From positions 434,001-498,000 of the forward strand of contig JAQFVV010000011.1 in assembly GCA_028023455.1 (NCBI GenBank): a stretch of 64,000 nt of DNA, given 5' to 3'. Shown piece by piece: positions 26,575-38,040 of the stretch. Numbering within the stretch: the first letter of the stretch is position 1; every line of letters begins with the position of its first letter. Under the pieces are notes generated by a model. It did no database searches, was not told the origin of the DNA, and saw only the letters and a program-made list of their open reading frames with translations. Source of the stretch: Epiperipatus broadwayi (taxonomy: Eukaryota; Animalia; Onychophora). The position numbers and the translations under genes are program-made.

Positions 26575-26869
26575 AATATTCTATATTATTAATAATAATT
26601 GCTATATATACAGTATAAACAACATTTGTCTTGAGAATAAATAACTGACTCTTGATTAAAATTTATTGATATAATTTTAGAACAGGAGAAAAACATTTAT
26701 GCATGAAATGGAACTATTATGCAAATCATAAACAATATGCATCATCAGTTAATAACAATTCAGTTTTTACTGTGTTTCATGAACTAATGGAAGTAAATAG
26801 ATGAAGTGATTCTCAATAATCGTTTTTTTTAAAAAAATATTTTTGTCAAAGATAAATTAAGGCAAAAAA

Positions 26870-28390
26870 AAAAAAGGAGACGATCAAAGCATATAAAAAA
26901 CACAAATAATTCGAATTTGAATAAATGAGAGGACATAAGAAAATAAAAAGTAAAAAACGAGCACAGAAGAATTAAGAAACAGTGGCATATAGCAAAAGAA
27001 ATAAAGCTGGAGAGAATGAATAAACTTGGTAAGAATAAAGGAATGAGTGAAATGAGGAAGATCATAAGCAAGATAATGAGGGAGATTGAATGAATGATGC
27101 AAGTAAAAGAAAGCAAAGGAGAAAGAGACGAAATGAATAAGAAAATGAAAAATAAGAACGAATGAAAGCAAGAAGGATATAATTGAAAATAATTGGGGAG
27201 AGATTAAAAAAGAGCATAAGATAAAAAAGAAGTGAAAGAGTGAATGAAGAAAATAAAAATATAAATATACAACTAATGAGTAAGGAAAAGTGGGGGAGAA
27301 TAATAGAAATAATGAAAGATGATGAGATAATGAGTAAAAAATGTGAGAGAAAGTAAAGAATGAAGAAATTAAAATAGTTACAGAAGAATAAAAAATGGAG
27401 TGACTGAAGAGAAAAAATGAGTAAATGAAGGAGAACAGTAAGTGCAATAAATAATTGTATTAAAAAGAGAAGGAGCAGAAAATAAAGAGTGTGAGTGAAT
27501 GTAACTGAAGAAAGAAAGAATAGTGATAGGATGAAAAAGAAGAGAACAAAATTACAAAAGAAGATAATGAAAGGATGAAGAATAAATGATAAAAGAAACT
27601 CAGTGAGAAAAGGAAATAAAAACAGAAGAACAACATGGAAATGAGAGCATAAAAAAGGAGCAAAAAATGAGAAAGTGAGAAAAGGAAATGAATAAGTGAA
27701 AGATGAAAAATTGATAGCTAAGAATGAGTAAAAGAAAGCAAAAGATTGATGAAGAGAGGCCATAGAAGAATAAAAAAAATGATAGGAAAGAACAAACAAA
27801 ATTTGGAATTATGCAAAAAAGAGAACATAGGAAAAAGTGAATAATACCTGAATGGAGAAACAAAAATACTATGAGAAAAAACACATGAGAAAAAAGTAGA
27901 GAAAGGATATAAGAGTATCAATGTGATCAAGAGAGAGATGATGTTAAAAGAAAAAAAATAAGAGGGAAATAATTAAGAAAAGAATATTAGGGAAACTGCA
28001 AATGAAAGAGTGGGGGAAAAGAATAATGATGACAGAGGAAATTCAAACAGATGGAAGCCAACATGAAAAAAAAAAAAGAATAATAGTGAATGATTGAGAG
28101 AAAATGCAAAAAGGGAGAGAGAAAGAGCAACAGAGGGAAAAATGATGAAAATAGAAATATGAATAAGAAAAATGGATGTTGGTGAGAGTGCAGCTGGTGA
28201 GGATGAAAGGCAAAATGTGAGAGGTACACTAAAGATGAAAAGAAATCATTAGAGGTGATAGTTCTGACAGAAAGATTGAGCAAAGAGCAGAAAAAATGAG
28301 TAAGAAACAATCCTTGAGTTATAGAAGGGAATAAGAGTGAGAGAAAGAAGAACTGAAAAAAAAAATTAAAGGGAAAAGTCAATAAGTATG
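26870..28390 (+). repeat. 1.5-kb purine-skewed (A/G-rich) low-complexity tract
   Basis: The + strand is strongly A/G-rich with very few C. I found no clear repeat unit, and the F/L/S-rich minus-strand ORFs are compositional. Confidence 0.85.
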
Positions 28391-30048
28391 CAACAGACTT
28401 CAGATGCACTTATCATGAAATGAATTAGTGAAATGACTAATTCACCTATAAAAGACTTCTGGTTTTCTTCTAGTTCAATTCCATTGAGAAGTCCAACAGA
28501 TCTTTCTAAATTTATATTTTCTTGAAAGTTTTTAATTTGATTGATGAGGCACTTGTAGACAATAGTTTTTTTTTCTTACAGTAATCATCAAAATGGTTTC
28601 ATTATCTTCATAAATGTCAACACTTCCCAGGTAACTAAAATATAATACTGGACAAACTAAGACAATATGTAAAATGGATTGTTGATATACAAAGTTGTAA
28701 TGGGGATTGAGACCTTGGTCAGAAATTTTATGTGATTTATTAAGTGCAGTTTCATTTTTCTTACATTTTGATTTAATCATTCATTTCTCTGCTATCAGTA
28801 GAATCCTGTAAACTAATAGATAACTTTGACTTTACATGCCTTGAAGAGTTAAGAAACAATACATTGTTTCAGAAGCGAATTCCATCTGCTCTATCTATCT
28901 ATGTTTAATTATATTGTGACTGAAATAAGTGAAGATCTATTGCCAATAATTTTACAAGCATTTCTATTGATTTACCAAAAGACAGTAAATAAAGGGAAAT
29001 TACACACAATATGAAACATACAATTAAAACAATTAGTAAAGAGTCTTCTCTCAGCCTCCATAAAGGATTTTCTTTGAAATTTCACAATAAAAAAATTTGA
29101 GGATTGCTTGATAAAAAGAGTACAGTTAAATGTCATTTTGGAAGAACATGTTTATAATGCTATAACTATTCTTATTGGTTTGGTGACTTGTTTTCTTTAC
29201 TTTTCTAACTGCTTTTCAAATAAATGACTAATTGATTAGCAAATTGCTATTCAAGATCAGCAAGTAACAGTATAATATAAAAGCAATTTTCTACCACCAT
29301 TTAGTAGATAGAATCTTGAGTATTCAATGATCACCAGATTGTAGAACATTTTAATTCTCAGATCAATTTCTGGCTTTTGCTTTATCAATAAGGATTTGGG
29401 ATTCAAAATTGGTTCTTATTCTAAGTTCTAATTGATAATGGTGAAAGCAAGAAACTAGTCAAAACATGGTGGAATTAAAATGCATGAGCAGCTGATAATC
29501 ATAGCTTATGCAAGCTTACAATGCATGATGCTAGCATAAAGAGTTCTTATTTACATTATAAGGTACTAATCCCAAGATTCAAGAGATATATTGATATTAA
29601 ACTTAAAAGCATGAAAGATTTTGTTTTAATTCTCTAAATAAAAAATCATCAAATGATTTATTGCTCCGGAGTTCATAAGAAATTTGGGCACTGGAAATAA
29701 TAGAAGAGAACTGTGATCCATGGATTTTTGAGGGCCAGAACTGACACTCTATCAATGCATTAACTTCAAGCACTGAAAGTGACTAGCAGGAGGCAAAATG
29801 ATTTCATGGACCTTAAATTACAGACTCTGATAATCTTACTACCATGCTATACCACATAGGGCTTTCTTTAAATAAAAGATATTTGCATTACTGTTTTAGA
29901 TTCTAAATAGATATTTATTTTTCCCCATTTAAAATATGGAAACTGTATTGTTGTTTTTAATATTATAACACCAAAAGTCTTCAATATATACATTAACACA
30001 TCCTTCAGCAATGTATTAATTTTAGCCAGGGCATTTACAAATCATCAT

Positions 30049-30304
30049 ATGCGCTTTGTAGATGTCACTATATAAATGAATACTCCCATTTTTTCAAACA
30101 CAAGATAAAGTCTTTGGGAAAAGATAGAATGAATCCATCTATCTTTTTGACCCAAACGTATATGTATGGGCAAATCTTAAGTGTTTGAAAATGAGTGAAG
30201 TTGTTAAAAGATAGATGGATTCATTCTATCTTTTCCCAAAGACTTTATCTTGTGTTTGAAAAAGTGGGAGTATTCATTTATATAGTGACAACTACAAAGC
30301 ACAT
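30049..30304. repeat. Fold-back inverted repeat, arms about 99 bp, spacer about 58 bp
   Basis: 30049-30147 is the reverse complement of 30206-30304 with about 3 mismatches. Confidence 0.95.
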
Positions 30305-32325
30305 GTGCATTAGCTTATTGCCTTATTGGTATTACAGTTTATAAAAACATCGCGCTATATAAAAAAAAATGTCTTGAATCATCATAACACAAACTGAAAT
30401 ATTATAACATTTTATATTTTTAAAGTATTAGCAAAAGAAGTAATAACTACTGTTATGGACCCAATTAAATTTTATAATTATTTGAAGTCATACAAATAAA
30501 TAAATATATAAACTTTATCAATATAGCAATTAAAAGATATAAACAGTAATCTGGAGGCATATGCAAACGATACTGAAGTTAGATAAAATAATGAAACTAT
30601 GTGTACTAATGCAATACTAGAACATGAAATTATCCAACATTTAAATAAAATCTAAAAGAAAACCATACAGAAGAAGAAAAAAAATCAATGAAAATTCTAT
30701 TGTTTGTGCATGGCTGATAAATATTCAATAATATTTAAATCAGGTGATTGAAAGGTGATAGCATATATGCAACACTATACTCATGTTTACAAAATCAATA
30801 TTTGCAAAAAAAAAAATAGATGAAATTACCCCCCCCCCATATTTAAATACTTTTCATCCATGCAACATAATGACAGGACTAAGAGAATAATGTCATCACA
30901 GGTTGAAGTAGCTGGTTAATGGGATATTTTTGGAAATTGCTAAATGTAAAGCTAGTAGTCAAGAAAATTATAAATGATTTGTCCAATCTTAAATTTATTT
31001 TATCATCATGCCATTTCACCTGCAGCTTGAAATGGTGCCTAAGCTATAATATTCTGCCTTTATGGCCCACAGTAGGATGTGATAATGGAATGTGACAATC
31101 TTTGCAGTGATTAATTCCATTATGAATTTATATAGTCCATGATCATCCATAATGTGCATCAACCCAGTGTTGATTTGTGACCTTACTTTGATTTCAGTAC
31201 ATTTCATTCAATCTTCAAACAGAAATGTCTAGGCAATTGATATTAAAAATATCATCCCTTTTAAATACCAACTAGTCCAAAATTTTATCTTGCACATTTA
31301 TAAAAGTAGCCATCTGTTTCCATTTCTGAACCATTTGATGGCAAAATTCACTGCTGGTAGATCAGGTATTCCATTTATTTTATTCAATTGTGCTGCTATA
31401 GATTATAGAAGTGCCTCACAGTATGAATATCCAGAAGCTGATGGCTAAATATTTGGATCAGTTTATCAAAATTTATGAGTTGAACTAAGTTATGAGATAA
31501 TTGATTAAGGCTATAGGATTTTCTGCTGATAATGATCATATATAAGATATCTTTGATTTGATCATAATATCCTCTCAAGTTACATTGGCAAGAGAACATG
31601 TTTTCATGAAAATATATCTTAGAATTACATATGCAATTTCACACAAATTACATCTGTATCAGCATATCTATCTACCATTGCCATGGCCTAGGATTTGAAT
31701 CCCAGCTAAACTTTCAGGTTCTAATCTGATTTAGGACTTTAATGTTGTCACTCACAATTAACCTAACTAATAGTGTGAAGTTGAATTAGTAAATGACTAT
31801 TTAATTATTCTTAGAAAGCAAAATAGGGAGGAAAACTACCCAAACCATTATTTCTCAACAATCAGAAAATCTGGTGAATAATGTCTTCTATTCCTCAACA
31901 GAGAGCTGTTGCTTTAACCATATAGCTGTATAGTTATGCTTAAAAAAAAAACTTTAAAGAGAAGTGAAATTTATCTTTGATCAAGAACTCAATATGGAAT
32001 GCAAAGAATATGCACTGGACACGTAGTTCTTCAATGACAACAACAGAGATGGTTTATTACCAAATAAATATTGATTAAAAAAAGAAATCGCTATATAATG
32101 AACATTTTAAGTTATATACATAAGAGTTTTATTGAGAAGCTGATATATTTAAAAATTTTCAATAATTTCCTCATTATTACACCATTAAAACATCACATGA
32201 TCACAATTTTCTATGCTTACACAAGCTGTCCATACAGTACTGACACTCAGTGCAAATTATAATAATCAATGGATGCTAGAAGGTTCGTGCATAAAATCCC
32301 TATCTAGAGCTTACTCATTCAATAT

Positions 32326-32365
32326 CCCCAGACTAGATTCTAGTTTGTGGTTCTCATTAATGAGG
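32326..32365 (-). ncRNA. Degenerate hammerhead ribozyme (family B)
   Basis: The minus strand reads cctca TTAATGA gaaccacaaacta GAAT ctagtc tgggg; there are several core mutations. Confidence 0.55.
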
Positions 32366-32698
32366 AACATTGGATCTGAGCACTGCATCTAGATCCTTGG
32401 ATTGAATTTAACCCTCCAGCAGCCTCCTCCTACCTATTTAGCTAACTATAAAGCTACAAGTCTAAAATGAAAACACTGATGATTTCAATTCAAGCTAGTT
32501 CATTTGTATAATTATTATATCTGAACTCGGTCTAGAATCTCTACATTTTGATGTCTTTGGTTTTTTAATAACTATAGTCACCATCATACAAGTGAATTAG
32601 TTTGGATTGAAATATATTGTGTTTTCATTTAAACAGTGACTGCTGGAGGGTCGCATTAGATTCAAAGATCTAGGTACAGTGCTCTCGGATCCACCACT

Positions 32699-32738
32699 CC
32701 TCACTGATGAAAGCCACAAGCTAGAGACTAGTCTGGAG
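32699..32738 (+). ncRNA. Hammerhead ribozyme (family B) with one core substitution
   Basis: cctca CTGATGA aagc-cacaa-gcta GAGA ctagtc tggag; GAAA has become GAGA, and the triplet is GUC. Confidence 0.7.
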
Positions 32739-33162
32739 ATATTTGATGAGTAGGCACTAGATAGGGATTTTATGCACAAACTCTCTAGCACTCATAGATT
32801 ACTATGGCTTGCACTGCATGGCAATACTGCACGAAGAGTTTGTTACTGTTTTAACTTCCTCACTATATGTACTAAACATTAATTAATTATTTTTAGAAAG
32901 TAGTATGAAGAACTTGTAAAATTCTCTTTTTTAAAACTTGCTTTTAATAACAATCATCATCAAAAACTTGTGGTTGGGAGTTAACAAGAAGTTAGAGTAC
33001 TATAACTGTCGAAATGGGATCGCAATCCATGGAGCTTAAGCTTGAGAGTCTACCACACTTTACTGCATCAAACCACACAGCAAAGATATTGCCTCTTAAT
33101 TCCAATATATGAATAATTCTCCATATACTCATTTTCTTTATAAATCTTGTTTTTTTCTCATA

Positions 33163-33240
33163 TGTCATAGCATCGGCCGGGATGCGAACCCACACCCGTC
33201 TGCAACCAATTACTTGCTATGACCTCTCGGCTAACAATGC
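33163..33240 (-). mobile_element. tRNA-derived SINE copy (variant subfamily)
   Basis: The minus strand reads gcattgttagccgagaggtc...gttgcagac...gggttcgcatcccggccgatgctatgacatatgag, then an A tail. Confidence 0.65.
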
Positions 33241-35112
33241 TGTTTTTTTGTATGAATCAAACTTCTTTTCTATATCCAAATATACAAAATATTATTACAT
33301 ATCTCCACCTACATTCCAACCAATTTGTAAGACCAAATATAGTCAAATCTATAAATTATTCAAAACTTCACAATAAATACATAAAAATTACCAAACATTC
33401 ACAAGATTCGTTCGTATTTATGTTTGCAAAATCAAACAATATTAAAACCTTTATTAAGAAGACATACTAATCTTACAATTAATGCATAAATATACCATTA
33501 CAGTTTCAAATTTTTTGGTTTTTGTATCAATGACTCCTCATTTTCAACTCCACATACCACAGGAACTCACCAGCAAATAAATTTAGACCTCCCTTTCTCA
33601 TTATGCATGTATTTAATAAAAAAAAGCATTGAACACACTGAATCTCTGAGCCCAAGTTAACAACTCTCAACAGATTTCAGTTGGAAGAGGTTCTCCCAAT
33701 TGTAATATTAGCATTTCATAAACTGTTCCAATGCAATGAGAATTTGTCTTTTTATCTAAATATATTATGTGAATTTCTAATTAGGTTAAATATAAACCAT
33801 ATGCAAAATGTTTACCTATATACATGAACTAGAATATCAGTTACAGCAATAATATTTTATTTTTTAAAAAAATTATCAATAACATATTTCAATTTTATTA
33901 CAACCTAGACTATAGATACACATATGTATGTTTAGTGACTGGGTTCAGTAATAGTTTTCATATATATTACTGGAAAGCAACATGGTGATATGCCTTTACT
34001 TCTTACAAAACTTATTTATATATATATTGTTTATGATGAGAAACATTTAAGATAAAGATGGTCTGATTTGGTAGCAAAGTTAAAGACATAATCAAGATAA
34101 GAGTGCAATAATAGACTATTAGACAAAGTCAATAGGATATTTCATAATCTAGCCTATACCATAATGCATGATACTTGAAACGTATACAATGGTGAATACC
34201 AACCACGTAGGACATAAACAACTGAAGAATTAAAGTATAAACTCTTTGAAGATTCCCTCAAAGTTAACTAAAGCAGTCCCTTGGTGATAAATGTATCTCT
34301 GATTAGGATTTGCTGAGACAAAAACTTCTACATATTAGAAGAGATTGATGGAACAAGAGACCAAGCATTTTAATGTCAATAGAGACTATTAAGAGTCATG
34401 CCTTTTTAAAGTTTACATCTTGCATATTTTATTCTTCATGAGACCAGGTGTTACAATATATTTCTGGCATTCTCTCCTATAATTCCCAAAACAAACACAT
34501 CCTATTTGTTTTTAGGCCCACCCCACAAATTTATTAAAAAAAGTAAAATTGTTTTGATTATAATCTTTATTGAATATTTTCCTATCTTTAGGTATAGAAG
34601 CAAATTGTTAAAATCCTTATTTGAATTGCAAATACAGTTGAAAATCTTTTTTATCGACCTTTCTTTCAAGCAGTTTTCACCTCTGGATCTCTGACCTTTT
34701 ATAGCTTTTAAAATGACTTAGCAATTAATCAATTTGCATTTTAACGTTAAAATCGAAAGTCTTACTTATTAATGAAAGAAATAAATCTAAAATAATCAAT
34801 AACTTCCACAAGAATGTGAGCACAGCTAAATTCATGTATAAAACATTTGATAAATCTCGACAAATATTTTTATTCAATGAAAGATATTGAATTAAAGATA
34901 AAAGATGGTTTATTTAAAAAAAATCGAAATACTGTATTATTTTTTTAATTTTTTATTTTAATTACAGCCTTTGTAAATAGTCCTAGCAGTGGCATATGTA
35001 GGATTTTGAGGCCCATTTTGCACAAAATTTCATAAAAGACCCTTTGTAATACTTAGCAGAAAACAACTGATAAATTCCATCAATTAATTGTCGTTAATAC
35101 TTCTTTTTTATG

Positions 35113-35197
35113 TGTCAAAGCGTCGGCCGGGAAGCGAATCCCGGGACAACTGCTTGCAAGGCAGCTGTGCTAACCACTTGGCCACCAATGCTTGACA
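35113..35197 (-). mobile_element. tRNA-Gly(TCC)-derived simple SINE, best-preserved copy (tRNA-like body 35119-35191)
   Basis: GCATTGGTGGCCAAGTGGTTAGCACAGCTGCCTTGCAAGCAGTTGTCCCGGGATTCGCTTCCCGGCCGACGC aligns over its whole length with metazoan tRNA-Gly-TCC as I recall it. The anticodon reads TGC, the T-loop has an extra base and the acceptor stem has a mismatch. Confidence 0.75.
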
Positions 35198-35520
35198 ATG
35201 TAGTTAATACTTGACAAATTAAACTACGTTATTTATTATTTTTTGATGGAGACAGGCGAAGAGCTCCTAAAAGTCAGAAGGCCATACCCCTTGTTTTGGT
35301 TTGTTCACAATATGCCACTGCAATGGTAACTAAAATATTTTATTAAATTATGCAAACTAAACTTGAATTACTACAAACATTATTTATTATTGTTTTTCTG
35401 AAGGTTTGTGATGATGGTGTTCTAGCTGTATTTTTATATTGGTCTATTTCCATCATCTAATATGTGTGTTGAATGTCTTTAGAAAAGTTTAATTTTAGTT
35501 AAATATTCCAAATGCATTCA

Positions 35521-35668
35521 ACTGTCAGTAATATCACAGCAAACAGGATAGTATATGCACCACTGTTAGTAATATCACAGCAAACAAATGTTAATAATAT
35601 CACAGCAAACAGGTTAGTATATGCTCTAACTGTTAGTAATATCACAGCAAACAGGTTAGCATATGCAC
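35521..35668. repeat. Tandem repeat of about 41 bp (3 copies plus a partial copy)
   Basis: Unit actgttagtaatatcacagcaaacaggttagtatatgcac. Confidence 0.9.
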
Positions 35669-35711
35669 AATGTTTCGAGAGGTATTTTTCTCCCCTCTTC
35701 TTCAGGTATTG
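35664..35711 (-). ncRNA. PLE-type hammerhead ribozyme (family D)
   Basis: The minus strand reads caatac CTGAAGA a gagggg-agaaaaata-cctctc GAAA catt gtg. Stem II is 6 bp; ACATT is probably CpG-decayed ACGTT; stem I is 3 bp here and 5 bp in the 56729 copy. Confidence 0.65.
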
Positions 35712-35734
35712 CTGGCCTGACCAGTGACAGTACT

Positions 35735-35816
35735 AGCATGGGATTCGAACCTGGGTCCTTAGATTTTTGATTATTGAAATTTAAGGTAACGCTCTAACCA
35801 ACTGAGCCATCCTGCC
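35735..35816 (-). ncRNA. tRNA-like Pol III A/B-box module in the Penelope 3' region
   Basis: A box TGGCTCAGTTGG (35809-35798), D stem GCTC/GAGC and B box GGTTCGAATCC (35751-35741). The A-B spacing is about 13 nt longer than in a mature tRNA, and the acceptor stem does not pair. Confidence 0.7.
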
Positions 35817-35847
35817 AAAGGCAACAGTATGTAGTAATTTCATATAC

Positions 35848-36295
35848 TTATCTATGAGGTTCCTCCTGATTTCTCCACTTTTTCCTCAGAGCAAAGTTGA
35901 TTAGTGGTTTCCATACATTATGTATAGTCACACTAGGTTGACTTATGGGATTTTTTGCCATTGTCATGTGAGCAGCTTCTTTAAATTTTCTTCTTTGTAC
36001 CTTTTCTTCTTTATCCAATATTTTTGTATTTTCCCAATCGAACGTATGTTTATTGGTCCATACATGGACTGCTACCTTAGACTTATCTGTTTTCTCTCTT
36101 CTAATCATCAGTTTATGTTCTTGCAAGCGCTTTTGAATGAGACAGCTGGTCTCACCAATATATGTTCTTCCACATTCACATGGTATTTCATGATGCAGTT
36201 TTTTCTTTGCAGTATTTCAAGTTTAGGCTTTGTAGATGTTAGAATTCCTCATAGTGTGATAGGGCTCTGGAAAGCTGTTCTGATGTTATACTGAT
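35848..36295 (-). pseudogene. Penelope-like GIY-YIG endonuclease domain (frameshifted)
   Basis: Manual translation gives ..NCI(fs)EIPCECGRTYIGETS..KRLQEHK..KSKVAVHVW..H.FDWENTKILDKE...RRKFKEAAH....NPISQPSV.I..VWKPLI, the hallmark PLE endonuclease. Confidence 0.9.
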
Positions 36296-37088
36296 TGCAG
36301 ATTTTCCTTAATTATACATTAAAAATTTATTAGTTAGTTTATTTCAAATTCATTTGAATACTAGAAATACGTGTAATCTTATCATTAAAAAACGTAACTA
36401 CAAAGAAGCTTAAAATAATACACATCTATGTTGAAGATCATTACTAGCATGCAGGTTAAAATTACGAGGCTATGGAATATTAAAACCAAGCACTTTGCCA
36501 TTCTCACCATTCCTTTTATATAATTATTATCTCAATATTTTGAACTACAGTATAAACTTAATAATTTCCACTTTAATGATATCTAGCATAAGTAATCAGT
36601 AATTATAAGGTGCATACAAAATTTCTATACTTTAAGAATTTATATGCATTTGGTAATCACTGATTATTCAAGCTTGCACTAGATGGCATTAGAAAGAAGA
36701 GCTGATCTTGTCTCATACGGTGTAAGATGGGGGTTTGATAATTTGTTACTATTAAATAATACTTAGTACAAAGTATTTATTAAATATCTGAATAAACACA
36801 AAGATTTATTTACTTTCATTATAACTGCAAACTCAAATGAATTATTCATTCCAATCTATCTGATATTAACATAAATAACTCAATAGTTTTTCTAGTTAAG
36901 AGCTTTGATATTAAAAGCATCCAACAAACTATGAAGTTTCACAAACAAAAAATTCAAACTAAGAATTGATAATATGTCTAAATGCAGGCAGTGGTGAAGC
37001 TAAGTACATATTGTAATATTAATTGGCTGAGCACTTTCAGAAGCTTTATCTTTACATAATCATAGCAAGCGCATTATGTGAAGGTGAT

Positions 37089-37172
37089 AGAAAATGTATG
37101 CAACAAGTATTTAAATATATGCAAAGTGGAAGAAAATGTATGCAACAAGTATTTAAATATATGCAAAGTGGA
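37089..37172 (+). repeat. Perfect 42-bp tandem duplication
   Basis: agaaaatgtatgcaacaagtatttaaatatatgcaaagtgga, two copies. Confidence 0.95.
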
Positions 37173-37936
37173 TTAGAGAGTCCACTTTTTGGAGAGAGAG
37201 GGAGAAGCCTGCTTCCTTCCAGTTTAAAGCATATATGTTGTTAGCTATAGGTGATGCTTCTTTGATTTTACACTTAGAGTCATGCATGGCATTCTATGCA
37301 TGTAATGGAAACAGAAGATGGTTTAAATAGTAAGGTAACACTTGCCAACAGACTTGGACATAAAACATTTATGGCAATAAATGACAAACTGAAATTATAA
37401 TATGCAATATGGATCATTAAATCATCTATAAAAATAAAGTAATCAAAAGGCTTTGCTTGGGAGTTCCATGGGCCTTGAAATCTGGAGTCTGCCTCTCTAC
37501 CAGTGCATCAAACCATGCAGAGTAGGAAATAAAGTCTGGTTGTATATGGGATCCTAACTGCTGAGTTGTGATACGAAAGATGTGGCATTTGAAATTGCTG
37601 TATTTTGGTCTTAGTTTTTATTGTGTATTTGTCAATAAATTGGCAAGTTATATAATTTTAAAGATTTTATTATCGTGTTTTATAGAGAGTGATTCACTTT
37701 GCAGCATACTGATCATTTAAGGAAATTGATAATCTCAACAGACAGGAAGTAAGTTCGATTGAGAATGTTTTACAGAATAAAAATTCAGAACTTAAAAAAC
37801 CTGCATGAAATAAAAGCATTACTAATCAAAAATGACAAAGCTATTGGGACACTTCTGTATTACAGTTGCCCCCAAATTTAAAGAGAGGTATATATTGAAG
37901 AAATGGATGGATGTATTTTTAAATTGGGTTTAAAAA

Positions 37937-38040
37937 CATGCCGAGAGGTCAGTGCAGCTGCCTTGCAAGCAAGCAGTTAGTTGCAGACAGTTGTTGCGGG
38001 TTCGCCTCCCGGACGATGCTATGACATATGAAAAAAAAAA
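37937..38040 (+). mobile_element. tRNA-derived SINE copy with poly(A) tail
   Basis: gccgagaggtcagtgcagctgccttgcaagc...gggttcgcctcccggacgatgctatgacatatg followed by A10. Confidence 0.7.

Larger units (their letters stand above)
32175..32865. mobile_element. Family B inverted pair, each arm with an HHR core
   Basis: The left arm (about 32223-32424) and right arm (about 32638-32841) are reverse complements around a spacer of about 210 bp. Confidence 0.85.
35444..36295 (-). mobile_element. 5'-truncated Penelope-like element (family D): GIY-YIG end, tRNA-like module, HHR and pLTR tail
   Basis: Combination of the three sub-features listed next. The tail at 35444-35668 is homologous to 56442-56560. 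Confidence 0.85.

Noticed and set aside
26829-28409. Long F/L/S-rich minus-strand ORFs resembling membrane proteins
   Set aside because: They result from a pyrimidine-rich strand that lacks stop codons; all frames are open and there are no motifs.
28440-31600. Scattered LINE-like crumbs (for example gggattcaaaattg, also near 1320, and an RT-like piece near 31480)
   Set aside because: Too decayed to set boundaries or assign a clade by eye; 2440-3120 and 59530-59790 were left out for the same reason.
35119-35191. Functional tRNA-Ala(TGC) gene
   Set aside because: It has a Gly-type body, an extra base in the T-loop, an acceptor mismatch, no T-run terminator and A-tailed dispersed relatives, so a SINE fits better.
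35521-35668. Repeat array as a possible CRISPR
   Set aside because: There are no unique spacers and no cas genes, and the context is eukaryotic.
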